Positions 8,501 to 17,388 of a DNA stretch of 54,687 bases are shown one piece after another. Source of the DNA: a virus (lineage: Duplodnaviria; Caudoviricetes); the IMG/VR virus record IMGVR_UViG_3300037212_000012, positions 1 to 54,687 of that record; one strand, 5' to 3'. A program made the position numbers and the translations under genes. A model generated the notes under the pieces. It had not been told where the DNA came from and did no database searches. It saw only the letters and a list, made by a program, of their open reading frames with translations. The stretch's first letter is position 1. Every line of letters starts with the position of its first letter.

Positions 8501-9094
8501 TTTTAAGCTGAGAAGACGAGAAGCCCATTGCTCGGAGTGCCATTGCAGGGTTAATGATTTTAAGACTTGTTGCTGAGCATACCATTGCAAGCTCAGTTCT
8601 TTGGCGGACCATTGTGAGGAAGGCCATTTTAAGGACAGAATATGAGATATCCACTGTACTGAAGCCCACTTTAGACTCAGTAATGCGGATATAAAATTCT
8701 CTGAAGGCCATTGCAGGCTCAACGATTTTAAAACTCTTTGTTGAGATGTCCATTGTAGGTTTAATGATTTTAAGACTTGTTGCTGAGCATACCATTGCAA
8801 GCTCAGTTCTTTGGCGGACCATTGTGAGGAAGGCCATTCTAGCGTGAGCGTATTTGCGATGAATTGCTCTGCGTCCCAGAAGAACATCAGAGATTTAGCG
8901 ATGCTCCCCCCTGACGACCACAAAACCGTTAGACTTTGTCCTGCGGTTCCTCCGGCGCACCACCCAAAAGTCAAGTCCTTAGAGAGCCATTGTGCGGAAT
9001 GCCATTTTAGGCTAAGGCTCCTTGACATGTGCGCAGCTTCTTGGGGTTGAGACCAAGTGAAATGGCCGTATATTCCGCCGTAATCGCTTGCCAT
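5588..9094 (-). CDS. Tail tip/hub protein with N-terminal 14-aa Trp repeats and C-terminal HxH fibre motifs
   Basis: Directly follows the tape measure gene. Central segment (NGVIVAGFG...NLGDEIYV...LRVQEL) resembles siphovirus tail hub proteins. HKH/HTH/HKH/HDH motifs near the C-terminus. Confidence 0.7.
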   Translation of the reverse strand: MASDYGGIYGHFTWSQPQEAAHMSRSLSLKWHSAQWLSKDLTFGWCAGGTAGQSLTVLWSSGGSIAKSLMFFWDAEQFIANTLTLEWPSSQWSAKELSLQWYAQQQVLKSLNLQWTSQQRVLKSLSLQWPSENFISALLSLKWASVQWISHILSLKWPSSQWSAKELSLQWYAQQQVLKSLTLQWHSEQWASRLLSLKWPSKQGAARLLSLKWPSSQWTAKDLTCIWSMGGPTGRHLTIQWPTISVFSQSFDYGGIYGYFTWSNLTENAHATKVLTLEWPSEQFTNRRLSLKWLSGGSTRGDLSLKWHSEQWACKILDLRWPQSRYYNLPVSVSKDDWIEVTTVQGGALNPDIVSGHISWKYGQISEAKMYLGEPIPEDCLCTIYIAGDKRRFNGISRSCQWQENGTYLADLFGFLEVAKPNPPKGGLYLGKYIWQNVSFTEILNSSEPVNNNNIPGMIYIMNSCIYYELWDDENTEKGVYKWIYSGLPYTISKMYSDGTALITRLSLDDLETGTNSGYYHDSNNKTLYIRLADQTSPYYHIISVPNIWEGIVPIRLGQITGDALTENILYWETANGDLPYEVIFNLLTCAGYEFEESYRGGICYIDVMDHAGRGSKSYPAGRYLDSDNLLAIKDLTLADSRYQVNGVIVAGFGQGSTAVIAGEHVNMGRGGRFVRYADPGQHSESMAEKFASNYLSDKMLPSQNITFEAPLVVKSESGILDTRNLGDEIYVLANLQVGNKRLAYENCLRVQELDIQIGDGTKQTIKAGDKLIEPEQVWQALKNMVDKYIKHQTDTIQPFSWSWSQDNLDNNLELETTFDIPDKTLNVESLVLNITINRSNATVSSPTGSQGGGGGGDGSSGGGGGASTPSAVHKHPVASLKTLPSAASVSCAVALHTHTNSLEIGTCDDTDNAIQNIDVNSDLVAGQLSLSTDSAIAELTADCCTAVNCSKNFFNVISRSVDVITDIGSASKEVVTSVNVEAIDVASAIHKHPLSGDIGPASGAVDVSPADHDHEIEAFETEEFTNDALHDYLTIGTTNKNGQPVPLIINVGNYNFGNPATEELLKANSLKAGPAPDPADPEMYLSIYIGDTKGVFKEVVGSPAIISDSERTVGPVILNPDYVNAVGTYTLKLGLANKSFPGQPCHCAVSASIQGQIFIDTIFSKGA
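8551..8838. repeat. 78-bp exact direct repeat (8551-8628 and 8761-8838) in the Trp-repeat region
   Basis: TTAATGATTTTAAGACTTG...GAAGGCCATT twice, offset 210 bp = 5 x 14 codons. Confidence 0.92.
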
Positions 9095-9100
9095 TGAACC

Positions 9101-12100
9101 TTATCGATTTAGATTGTTGTCGGTTTGGATCTTCGCTATCTTATTTGCCAGCTCGTCTATATTGCCTATAAGAATTCCATCGAAATGATAATGATTTTCT
9201 ATCACAGACGGCTTGCCGCCGCCTTTTATTAATGCCCCTCCGTGAGGCACCACATATTCTTCACCCTCCTCGCCTACGAGGGCGGCTGTTGCTCTTGATG
9301 GGGTCGGGCCGCCTGATGCATAGGTCGGGTATTGAGAAGTGAATCCAGTAAATCCGCTACCCCAGACAGAGGTATCGCCAGCGTGGCCGAAATAATTTGC
9401 TAGATTGGATAAACCTCCGCCGTTACTGCCTGCCGAGCCTCCGCCGCCTCCAACAACGTCAATACCTACTGTTATTGTTGCCGACATACCATTAATAGTA
9501 CTGACCGCTTGATTCGCTGATGCGAGCGCAGGGGTGGTGTCGGCGTCAGTTTTAATCGTGGCTGACTTCGCGCTCATATCCTTGAGCATTGCATCGGTCT
9601 GTTGCTTGTAGGAGCCTGTGTCGAGGTTTAGGACCTGACCGTTACTCTCTCTGCTTATACCCTGTTGGGCGTAAGTATCATACAAGGCCGAACCTGTCCT
9701 AGCTGGGATAACAGGAGGATAGCCGTTAGCCTGATCCCAGGCGGCGTATTTGTCGCCTGAGGCGCCGATATAAGCGCCCCTGAATAGGTCTGTCTGGGCC
9801 TCTTGCCATTTGCCAAAATCGGACATGACACAACCGGTACAATCCGAGACTACCCCTGATAACTGATTGAATCCGACGCTGGCATTTGCTACTTGGGCGG
9901 AACAAGATCCCGCTGCTCCGCCACAAGTTGAACAGGACGAACCTAAATTTCCTAGAGCTGTGGAAATCGCAGGAATCCCCGCCCCTGACAGTGTAGCGTT
10001 CAGTTGGTCGATAAGGAGGGACCAATCTATAGTTGCGGTTTCAAGGGCTCGGGCTGATGCGTCAGTTGAAATTTTGAGGTTATCTGCTGCTATGGCGGCT
10101 TTGTCTTCTGAAATAACTTTATCAGAATCATATTTATCCCACATGCCACCTAACTTAGATATGGCGTCTGTGTCATATTGTGCGAATTTTGATGCCTGAT
10201 CTGAAGCTGTGCCCATATCTTTTATGCTTTTACCAAGATCATCGGTTTTAACTTGCGTATCGGCGAGATTTTTGGGGGTGTAAACATTCGGTTGTGGGGT
10301 CGCTGGAGGGTATTGTGTCATTCCAGGTTTGGTGGTTGTGGTGATAGGGGTGAATGACCCTGCGCCCCCCACTGGCGATTTAAGACGGGTGTTCAGGTCA
10401 ACATCCTGCTGTTCCATATAGTTATAAGCCGATGCTGCTAGGCCCTCTATTGCAGGTTTCCATATCGAAGACCATATAGTACTTCCGCCTTGCGTTGTCC
10501 CGGCGACTTTATCAGCACCCGATCCCTGAATTATGCCAGTATTGCCGCCTATTCCAGAGCCGGGGATTACATCGCCAGATTTATAAATGTCTTCGCCTGC
10601 GGATGCTCCCATTCCAAGTTTTCCAAGTAACCAAGCTTCGCTGCCTCCAAGTTTATCAGACCATGATTGCCCGGATGCGGATTGGGTTTGTGGAGCCGGA
10701 ACATTGGTTTGTGGCGCGGGGGCTGGGGTATTGACGATATCATTTGGATGCGTTGCAAGATACTGGTTTATGCCACTCTCGGCAGCGGATTGTGAAGCAT
10801 ATTCAGAGCCATAAGCCCCCTGCATCGGCTTTCCGGTTGATGCGTCCATTATAACATATGTTGGGCCGCCTAGAACACTCTTATCACCATTTGGATTAGC
10901 AGCAACAGAAAACCGGGTTTGATTAACTTGCGGGGCTGATGTGCTTTGACTTGTGCCTGTGCCAGTTCCTGCCCCTTGTTGAATTAGATTGAATCCGCCT
11001 GCCGCCTGCGATGCACCATTTATCGCACCGACCAAATCCCCACTGAATGCATCGGCTAACATTTCGACAGATGCTATGACTCCTGCTATTGCCCCCACTG
11101 CACTATCATGGAAATTGTAGATTGCCTGGATAGCACCGATTGTGCCTTCATCAAAATTCAGTTTCATGGTGTCGGCGGCTAATTTGGAGTGATCGCCGAG
11201 TACGGTTTCAAGAGGTTTTAGAAGCGAATCGAGCGGCGTTTTTCCAAATAGAATATCCTGCCAGTTTAGCCCGGCCCCAATTACACCTTCCACATAAACA
11301 AGGGCCCCATTCAGAAGAGTAGCGAGAGCGTTCCCTAATGCGCCTGCATCCTGGTTATCTATGCCTGATGCAAACCGTGATACTAGGTTTTGGCCAGCCT
11401 TTTCGCCCGCTGCGCTCCAATCATAATTTTCGAAGTCCTGTGCTAGACTATCAAGGGCTCCTTTTATGTCGCCTGATTGAATTTTCTTGATAAATCTGTC
11501 GAATGCGTCGTAACCAGGACCTGCCAGCCAATTAGACCAATCTTGCGCAGGTCCGGCTACAACCTTTCCAATCTCATGGCCCATCTGGTCGAAAGTTTCG
11601 CCACCTCTATTTAGAGCGCGAGAAAGGTCATCGGTCTTTTGGCCTAGATCTGTGTCGGCTCCCGCTGCATCTTCCAATCCAGCTTTTAAGGCATATACTT
11701 GCGGCAGATTTTGAGCTATAGATAAAGCCATGCCAGCGTTTCCAGCGCCGAAAATTGGGGTAAACAGATCCTTCCCCGTTTTCTCCTGAGCTGCATATAA
11801 ATCTTGGATAGCCTTGATAGGGCCTTCTGCTTGTAATCCCGAGACTGTTAGGCCGGTACCTGTCAGATATTGGCCTATACCTTTTGCGGCTACAACCGTC
11901 TGGGTAACTTTACCTTTTGCCGATGTTGTAGATTTAAGCGCAGCATCCGATGACTTATCGAGATTGGCAGCAAAACTAACTAAAGTCGAACCGATCATGT
12001 TGGGCATTGCTTGAGGGGCTACCTGTTTCATCGTCTCTAACAATGCCAGCTCGCCGGTAAACCCGCCCAATGATTGGGACACTGCTTGTGACCCCTCCAT

Positions 12101-12976
12101 GGTCATTAAGGCAGACTTGCCTCGACCGCCTAGTTGGGTGGGGTCTAACGAGGGAATCATTTCGTAGGCTTTGGAGTAGACATCCATTGCCTGTTGAGCG
12201 GTTAAGCCAGATTTCTTATAGAGCTCTGTGGTTGACTGAATTGTTTTAGCAACATCAGCAGGGCTATTCATGGTGCCGACTGCCATGTTCATATACTGGT
12301 TTAGCTGGGCATCCGACATCTTCGAGGTATCAATGTTATAGGACCTGAGAAGCCCTAACATCCCATCAACATCGGACGCTGAAGTACCATATTGTCGCCC
12401 TAACTTCAGTGACTGGTCGGTAATGGCAGAAGTCGCAGAGGCCATGTTAGATTGTGTGGTGCCCCCTGACATCGCAGCCCTCGTTGCCGCATCGTTCAGG
12501 TCTGCGTAACCTTGAATATCATTCTGGATGCCAGCATAGATGTCTTCAAGACCTGAGACAACCGCGTCAAAGGCTGCTACTCCCGCGCCTATGGCGGCTC
12601 CCGCCGCGACCATGTCCCACATAGAGCTGCTTGCCCGGTCTGCTCCACTAGCGACTTCATCGAGAGCCGCGGCGTTTTCACCCGCGCTTAAGACGCCTTG
12701 AGCTGCTTCTTCTCCAGCCTGGCCTAAACTCCTAAGACTCTCGGCTCCTGTGTCAGCGGATGCTTGGATTCTGTCGCCTACTTCATCAGCAGAATCCTTG
12801 AGGACTTCAAAATCTGCTATGATTTCATCTGTCGGTAAAGCTAGTTTAGTGCCTTGAAAAGCGTCTTCGATTTCTTGGGCTTTGTCCTCTGCCAGGCTTA
12901 CCGCATCATTTAGAGCATCTTCAAGGTCATCAGTCGTGCCCTTTATCGCGATGCTAACCGAACCGGCGTCAACCAC
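9101..12976 (-). CDS. Tail tape measure protein
   Basis: 1291 aa, Ala/Gly/Ser-rich helical; N-terminal DAGSVSIAIKG; C-terminal YASGG...ALVGEEGEEYVVP typical of TMPs; position in the tail module. Confidence 0.88.
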   Translation of the reverse strand: MVDAGSVSIAIKGTTDDLEDALNDAVSLAEDKAQEIEDAFQGTKLALPTDEIIADFEVLKDSADEVGDRIQASADTGAESLRSLGQAGEEAAQGVLSAGENAAALDEVASGADRASSSMWDMVAAGAAIGAGVAAFDAVVSGLEDIYAGIQNDIQGYADLNDAATRAAMSGGTTQSNMASATSAITDQSLKLGRQYGTSASDVDGMLGLLRSYNIDTSKMSDAQLNQYMNMAVGTMNSPADVAKTIQSTTELYKKSGLTAQQAMDVYSKAYEMIPSLDPTQLGGRGKSALMTMEGSQAVSQSLGGFTGELALLETMKQVAPQAMPNMIGSTLVSFAANLDKSSDAALKSTTSAKGKVTQTVVAAKGIGQYLTGTGLTVSGLQAEGPIKAIQDLYAAQEKTGKDLFTPIFGAGNAGMALSIAQNLPQVYALKAGLEDAAGADTDLGQKTDDLSRALNRGGETFDQMGHEIGKVVAGPAQDWSNWLAGPGYDAFDRFIKKIQSGDIKGALDSLAQDFENYDWSAAGEKAGQNLVSRFASGIDNQDAGALGNALATLLNGALVYVEGVIGAGLNWQDILFGKTPLDSLLKPLETVLGDHSKLAADTMKLNFDEGTIGAIQAIYNFHDSAVGAIAGVIASVEMLADAFSGDLVGAINGASQAAGGFNLIQQGAGTGTGTSQSTSAPQVNQTRFSVAANPNGDKSVLGGPTYVIMDASTGKPMQGAYGSEYASQSAAESGINQYLATHPNDIVNTPAPAPQTNVPAPQTQSASGQSWSDKLGGSEAWLLGKLGMGASAGEDIYKSGDVIPGSGIGGNTGIIQGSGADKVAGTTQGGSTIWSSIWKPAIEGLAASAYNYMEQQDVDLNTRLKSPVGGAGSFTPITTTTKPGMTQYPPATPQPNVYTPKNLADTQVKTDDLGKSIKDMGTASDQASKFAQYDTDAISKLGGMWDKYDSDKVISEDKAAIAADNLKISTDASARALETATIDWSLLIDQLNATLSGAGIPAISTALGNLGSSCSTCGGAAGSCSAQVANASVGFNQLSGVVSDCTGCVMSDFGKWQEAQTDLFRGAYIGASGDKYAAWDQANGYPPVIPARTGSALYDTYAQQGISRESNGQVLNLDTGSYKQQTDAMLKDMSAKSATIKTDADTTPALASANQAVSTINGMSATITVGIDVVGGGGGSAGSNGGGLSNLANYFGHAGDTSVWGSGFTGFTSQYPTYASGGPTPSRATAALVGEEGEEYVVPHGGALIKGGGKPSVIENHYHFDGILIGNIDELANKIAKIQTDNNLNR

Positions 12977-13057
12977 AGAGAAACCTCGCTAACTGAAAAT
13001 AGATGTTATCGGATTTATGTTTTTCCTAAGATAGTAAATTTGATAAGTTTGCGATTC

Positions 13058-13245
13058 ATGGTTCATGAACCGTGAACCATAATTCTTAGATAACCTTAAA
13101 ACAACTATTTATCTTATATCTATCTTAATATTTCCTCTTCCTCGAAGTAAGTGCTATATAGAATTTAGCAAAATCCGGCTAAATTCTTGCAGTTTTGAAC
13201 TCTCTAGTTGGAGAGTCTAATTATGGTTCACGGTTCATGAACCAT
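13058..13245. repeat. Perfect 27-bp inverted repeat flanking an AT-rich spacer (origin-like or operator)
   Basis: ATGGTTCATGAACCGTGAACCATAATT (13058-13084) and its reverse complement (13219-13245); each arm contains the palindrome GGTTCATGAACC. Confidence 0.9.
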
Positions 13246-13674
13246 AGATTTAAGCTCAAGAAGATTCTTTCGGGGATCTAAGCTCGATGGTCGCGCAATT
13301 AAAAAATCGCATTGCTTAACCAGTTTTGAAAAGCTACTCTTCGGCATCTTCATCTTCTTCCTTGCATCTATCGAAAGCATCTTGCCCCCGCTGGCGGCAA
13401 TTAAGAGATGAAGGATGTCAGCCTTATCCTTCAGTTCTGAAGTCGGATCTTTGCGGATAGATCTTGTTAGATTAGCCACAACTTCAGAAACATCAGCTCT
13501 CCACATTTCCAGATGTTCTATGCGCTCGATATATGGTCGATTTGCCGCCTTAATAATCGCTCGAAGCTCTTTGGAATTAATAAGAAAAGCCTGTTCAGTA
13601 TCCGGTACACAATCGGCTTGCTGCGCCGACCCAAAGCCTTTTAAGCTTTCCAGTAATACCTTCTCTTGTATCAT
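13228..13674 (-). CDS. Coiled-coil plus C-terminal winged-helix-like DNA-binding protein
   Basis: KMLSIDARKKMKMPKSSFSKLV...LDPRKNLLEL resembles a MarR-type wHTH; its 3' end overlaps the inverted repeat. Confidence 0.55.
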   Translation of the reverse strand: MIQEKVLLESLKGFGSAQQADCVPDTEQAFLINSKELRAIIKAANRPYIERIEHLEMWRADVSEVVANLTRSIRKDPTSELKDKADILHLLIAASGGKMLSIDARKKMKMPKSSFSKLVKQCDFLIARPSSLDPRKNLLELKSMVHEP

Positions 13675-13777
13675 ACCGTTCTCCGGTAGGCTCGGGGGGT
13701 CTAGACCCGAGCAATTCTTCTATTTTGATTTCTAGCAATCCCTCGGATGGGTTCCATGAATTTAAACCTGCCTAAAC

Positions 13778-14023
13778 TCATGCCCTTATTCCGCGTGGAT
13801 TTCTCGGGTGTATGCTAAGAGCTGGATAGTTGTCTTTGATCATAATTTCCGATTGTGTCGTGCCTCCTATTAGGATTAGAAAACGCTCTTCGCACTTCTC
13901 ACAAATCGCAAATTGAGTATATCCGCGCTCACGCCTCACCTCATAGGATTTATAACCACAACCGGGGCAGCCATATTCTCTAACATCCGAGATTTTGACA
14001 GCAATCATCAGAGCCATCTCCAC
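13778..14023 (-). CDS. Small Zn-ribbon protein
   Basis: CPGC...CEKC motifs. Confidence 0.65.
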   Translation of the reverse strand: MEMALMIAVKISDVREYGCPGCGYKSYEVRRERGYTQFAICEKCEERFLILIGGTTQSEIMIKDNYPALSIHPRNPRGIRA

Positions 14024-14047
14024 TGATCTTTGCCCGCTGAATGAGTA

Positions 14048-14356
14048 TCATAGCACCCCAAAATCCTTAGCTCCGAGAATCGTTTTGCTGTTGTTCAGGT
14101 ATTTCATAAGCTCAATTCCACGAGGTGTAATAGCAACTAAGCCACTCTCTAAATACTCGAAGGCCCCGCAGCTTAACAATTTATTGAAATGTTTATTCCC
14201 TATCGTCCAGTTTACACCGGTTGCATCGAATATACCCTGTTTTGGTAATGCTTCTGGTTCCTTTCCCGTCACGACTTGGAGCATAGAAAGTCTAATATCC
14301 ATATCACCGCGCTTTGGCCTAGCTTTCGGTCTTTTTGTTTTCATAATATCACCCAA
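14048..14356 (-). CDS. Winged-helix DNA-binding protein
   Basis: NKHFNKLLSCG...VAITPRGIELM, typical archaeal wHTH C-terminus. Confidence 0.6.
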   Translation of the reverse strand: MGDIMKTKRPKARPKRGDMDIRLSMLQVVTGKEPEALPKQGIFDATGVNWTIGNKHFNKLLSCGAFEYLESGLVAITPRGIELMKYLNNSKTILGAKDFGVL

Positions 14357-14617
14357 TTTTAAGTCTCATAGTTCCGGCTCAATCAAATGATCATAAAGTC
14401 CACTAGACAAAGTGTGCCGGAACTTTCGTCCTTTATCTAAATGACAATTCCAGAATACTTAAACTTATCTATGGTTAGTATATAAACTTCTATAAATTTC
14501 TTCGAAGTATCGTTGCTGTATGCTTATTATAGGCCTAAAGTATCATAGATACTGTAAATGAGTAACTATTTATGTCAATCGAAGGATTTTAGATAAGGGT
14601 ATTGCGGAGACACGAAA

Positions 14618-15880
14618 ATGAGAATAAAGATAGAGGATATCAAGAGGGGAGAACGCCTGCGGCCCATCGACCGGTCAAAGGTCAAGGATCTAGCCGACAG
14701 CATCAAAGAGGTTGGACTGATTCACCCCATTGTGCTTACGCCTGATAACGTATTAGTCTCAGGTGAACATCGCATAGAGGCCATGTTACTGAATGGCGAA
14801 ACTGAGATAGAGTACACCGTCAAGGATTACGACGCTTTGCATAAAACGCTCGCTGAAATTGATGAGAATATCCAACGAGCAGAGCCTGAATACCTCTCAA
14901 GGGGCCGTATGTTGCTCAAGCGAAAGGAACTTTGGGAAGTTCTGCATCCCGAATCTGTATCAAGAGGCGGCGACCGAAAATCGCCAGACTACCAGGAGAA
15001 GAAGCAGGCTGGAAAACTCCCTAGCTTTAGGACCGATACCGCAAAGAAGCTCAGCATAGCTCCCAAGACCGTCGATAGAGAAGTCATGATAGCCCAGAAA
15101 CTCAGCCCTGTGGTCCAGGAGGAGGTTAGAAAAGTAGACCTACCGAAGAAAGATGCTCTGCTACTAATCAAGCATGCCCCTACTGAGCATCAGCAGATGG
15201 CGATTCTTAAACGTATGGAAGTTGGAAAGGCCAAAGATGTTAAAGATGCTTACAAGCAAATCGAAAAAGAAGATATGGCCGCCAAAGGTCGCGACATAGA
15301 GGGCGACGAGCTGGCAACTTTCCAAGAGGGCGACCCTATAGAATTGCTGAAAATGATCAATAATGAATCATTTAAGGCAATATTGACCTGCATATCGGAA
15401 GAATCTAAGATAGAAATTCTCTTGCGCGAGGGATCACGCATATTAGAACCTGAGGGGGTTCTCGCTCTGATGATACCGCCTTCCCTAATTGGGGCGGTCA
15501 TAAAGGCATCATGCCCAGTGGAAATAAGATACTACTGGACCATAGCCGACACCCTGGCAAAAACTATTGATGCCCTTAATGTCACCTCGGCTTGGATGCC
15601 CGTTATGATCTACGTTAAGGATGGTCAGGCCTTGAAACTCACCGCCGACTGCATCACCAAGGCTATAGACGCCCTGACACGAGAAGAGGACCACGCCATA
15701 CAGCTCATAGGCAAGATATCCAAGCCCGGGGATACCATCTTGGACCCATTCATGGGCCAGACATTACAGACCTACTTGGGGCCTGCGGTGGGCCGCAAAT
15801 TCGTGGGTTTCGGCAATAAGGGTATGATAGATCTAGCGAAAGGTCATTTGCATAGAGTCAAGGGCTTGGTAGCCATCTAA
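14618..15880 (+). CDS. ParB/Srx-like N-terminal domain fused to a degenerate N6/N4 DNA methyltransferase-like domain
   Basis: LADSIKEVGLIHPIV, SGEHRIEA, EIDENIQR, HTH; C-terminal PGDTILDPFMG...GRKFVG; no DPPY catalytic motif. Confidence 0.8.
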   Translation: MRIKIEDIKRGERLRPIDRSKVKDLADSIKEVGLIHPIVLTPDNVLVSGEHRIEAMLLNGETEIEYTVKDYDALHKTLAEIDENIQRAEPEYLSRGRMLLKRKELWEVLHPESVSRGGDRKSPDYQEKKQAGKLPSFRTDTAKKLSIAPKTVDREVMIAQKLSPVVQEEVRKVDLPKKDALLLIKHAPTEHQQMAILKRMEVGKAKDVKDAYKQIEKEDMAAKGRDIEGDELATFQEGDPIELLKMINNESFKAILTCISEESKIEILLREGSRILEPEGVLALMIPPSLIGAVIKASCPVEIRYYWTIADTLAKTIDALNVTSAWMPVMIYVKDGQALKLTADCITKAIDALTREEDHAIQLIGKISKPGDTILDPFMGQTLQTYLGPAVGRKFVGFGNKGMIDLAKGHLHRVKGLVAI

Positions 15881-16554
15881 GCCAAATCTTTTGCACCAAA
15901 AAAACTTTTTGCGCTCTTAAATGATGGCTCTAAATTTGTCGAACCTTCGGAGATTTTTTGAGCCTCTTCCTGGTAATTTAAACCAGTATTGCCTTGGCTT
16001 GTCGAATTCCACCAATCCCACCCATCGAGGTTGAAACTATCAGCTAACTTGTATATGTCGATGAACACCCTTTCAGGCTGGTTATAATATCCGTACACCT
16101 TGAAATCTGGGGCGCTTTGGTCGGGACTATGCAGGTAAAGAGTTATAATATTAGGATTCACGCGAGTATGGGGGTCATATCCTGCATTTCCATCAATATA
16201 ATAATATTTTCCTGAGAGTTTTACCCTAACCCAGGCATGGCCTGAGGAACCATTTTCTGAAAAATGCTTGAAATGGTTCGACATGCAAATCTCAGCATCA
16301 TACCCCCGAGACATGAGCCTCCATTGGACATAGGTCGCTATATTGCTGCAACGAAATACTTTCGAATCATAGGGTCTAGGAATTTCTAAGCCCGTGGCAT
16401 TCATAAGGGCCTCGGGTGTCATGCCAGGGCAAGCGAGACTCAAATAATAAGGCCGCGGGATCTTGGCTAGGTTATCTGCTTCGCTAATCGCGGATACCGC
16501 TACGCTCATTAGGAGGGTTACAAGAATTACGCCAGACAGATAAGCCAACCCCAT
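15877..16554 (-). CDS. Secreted transglutaminase-like cysteine protease-fold protein
   Basis: N-terminal signal peptide; Cys-His-Asp triad candidates FRCSN, GHAWV, YYIDG. Confidence 0.65.
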   Translation of the reverse strand: MGLAYLSGVILVTLLMSVAVSAISEADNLAKIPRPYYLSLACPGMTPEALMNATGLEIPRPYDSKVFRCSNIATYVQWRLMSRGYDAEICMSNHFKHFSENGSSGHAWVRVKLSGKYYYIDGNAGYDPHTRVNPNIITLYLHSPDQSAPDFKVYGYYNQPERVFIDIYKLADSFNLDGWDWWNSTSQGNTGLNYQEEAQKISEGSTNLEPSFKSAKSFFGAKDLA

Positions 16555-16563
16555 AAAAGACTA

Positions 16564-16584
16564 TTATAGGTTGTTAGCCTATAA
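16564..16584 (-). promoter_or_regulatory. Palindromic operator overlapping TATA box (copy 1 of 5)
   Basis: TTATAGG-N7-CCTATAA just upstream of the start at 16554. Confidence 0.7.
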
Positions 16585-16974
16585 GGTTTTTGGTAAGTCC
16601 TTCTTCCTGCTCAGATCTTCGCAAGACTTCGTGTGATCTGGTTCGGTCGGTTTTGGCTCTTCCGGATATTCTTCTTCGAAATCTTTCAGATTGCCCATGA
16701 AAGCGGCCCCAATATCCCGCGCTGCCCTCCATGTAAAATACTGCCTCTCTCGGATTTTATTATTATGATATTCAAACAATCCTCGCAACTCATAATTTTT
16801 AAGCCTGAAAAATTGGGCCTCAGTCAGCCCGAGGATCTTGATCGCTTGGTCTAAGAGAGGCTGCCAATCTAAGGCACTTTCTCCAGGCTGAGGTCCTCCA
16901 TTGGCGAGGCCGTGGCCGGAACCTTTTCCTTGACCCTGGTTCGAGAAGGGACACCAAGAAAGAAGTCTGTGGCC
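16579..16974 (-). CDS. Tail assembly chaperone, T-like part (probably expressed by -1 frameshift)
   Basis: Frame is open from about 16974 and reads ...DWQPLLDQAIKILGLTEAQFFRLKNYELRGLFEY, like phage gpT segments. It is in the -1 frame relative to 16869-17372. Confidence 0.6.
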   Translation of the reverse strand, partial: GHRLLSWCPFSNQGQGKGSGHGLANGGPQPGESALDWQPLLDQAIKILGLTEAQFFRLKNYELRGLFEYHNNKIRERQYFTWRAARDIGAAFMGNLKDFEEEYPEEPKPTEPDHTKSCEDLSRKKDLPKTL

Positions 16975-17372
16975 TCAACAATCTTGTTAAATAAATTCGT
17001 TCTGGCTCCGATCGTGGTAACTAATGTGATTTCGTTGCCCTCTTTATCCAGGATAGGCTTACCTGCCCTATCCGTGGCTTTTTCCTCTTTCTCATACGGC
17101 ACGAAGGATTTCACGTAATCTTTATAGATCTTTGAGATATCTTCAAATTCTACATCGGGATTGGCCACAATCAATGACTGCCAGATGATTACCCTCATCC
17201 TGTCCATCGACATGTTATCACGGTCATTTAGGATGGGCAGGAACGTAAGCCTATCCTTTCCCGTTCGTCCTTCTGACATATTGATTATACCCTCGACCTT
17301 GGCCATTACGCCAAAGTCTATTATGATTTCCATAGGGCTAGGCGCATTAATGAAAAATTTGGTTTCTCCCAT
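16869..17372 (-). CDS. Tail assembly chaperone (gpG-like)
   Basis: Follows the tail tube genes; overlapped by a -1 frame ORF. Confidence 0.65.
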   Translation of the reverse strand: MGETKFFINAPSPMEIIIDFGVMAKVEGIINMSEGRTGKDRLTFLPILNDRDNMSMDRMRVIIWQSLIVANPDVEFEDISKIYKDYVKSFVPYEKEEKATDRAGKPILDKEGNEITLVTTIGARTNLFNKIVEATDFFLGVPSRTRVKEKVPATASPMEDLSLEKVP

Positions 17373-17388
17373 AAAATTCCTCTACCGG

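Noticed and set aside
8277-8838. 78-bp repeat as a DGR template/variable pair, and the 186-aa alternative-frame ORF
   Set aside because: Copies are identical with no adenine-specific changes and no reverse transcriptase is present. The ORF is a by-product of the repeat array.
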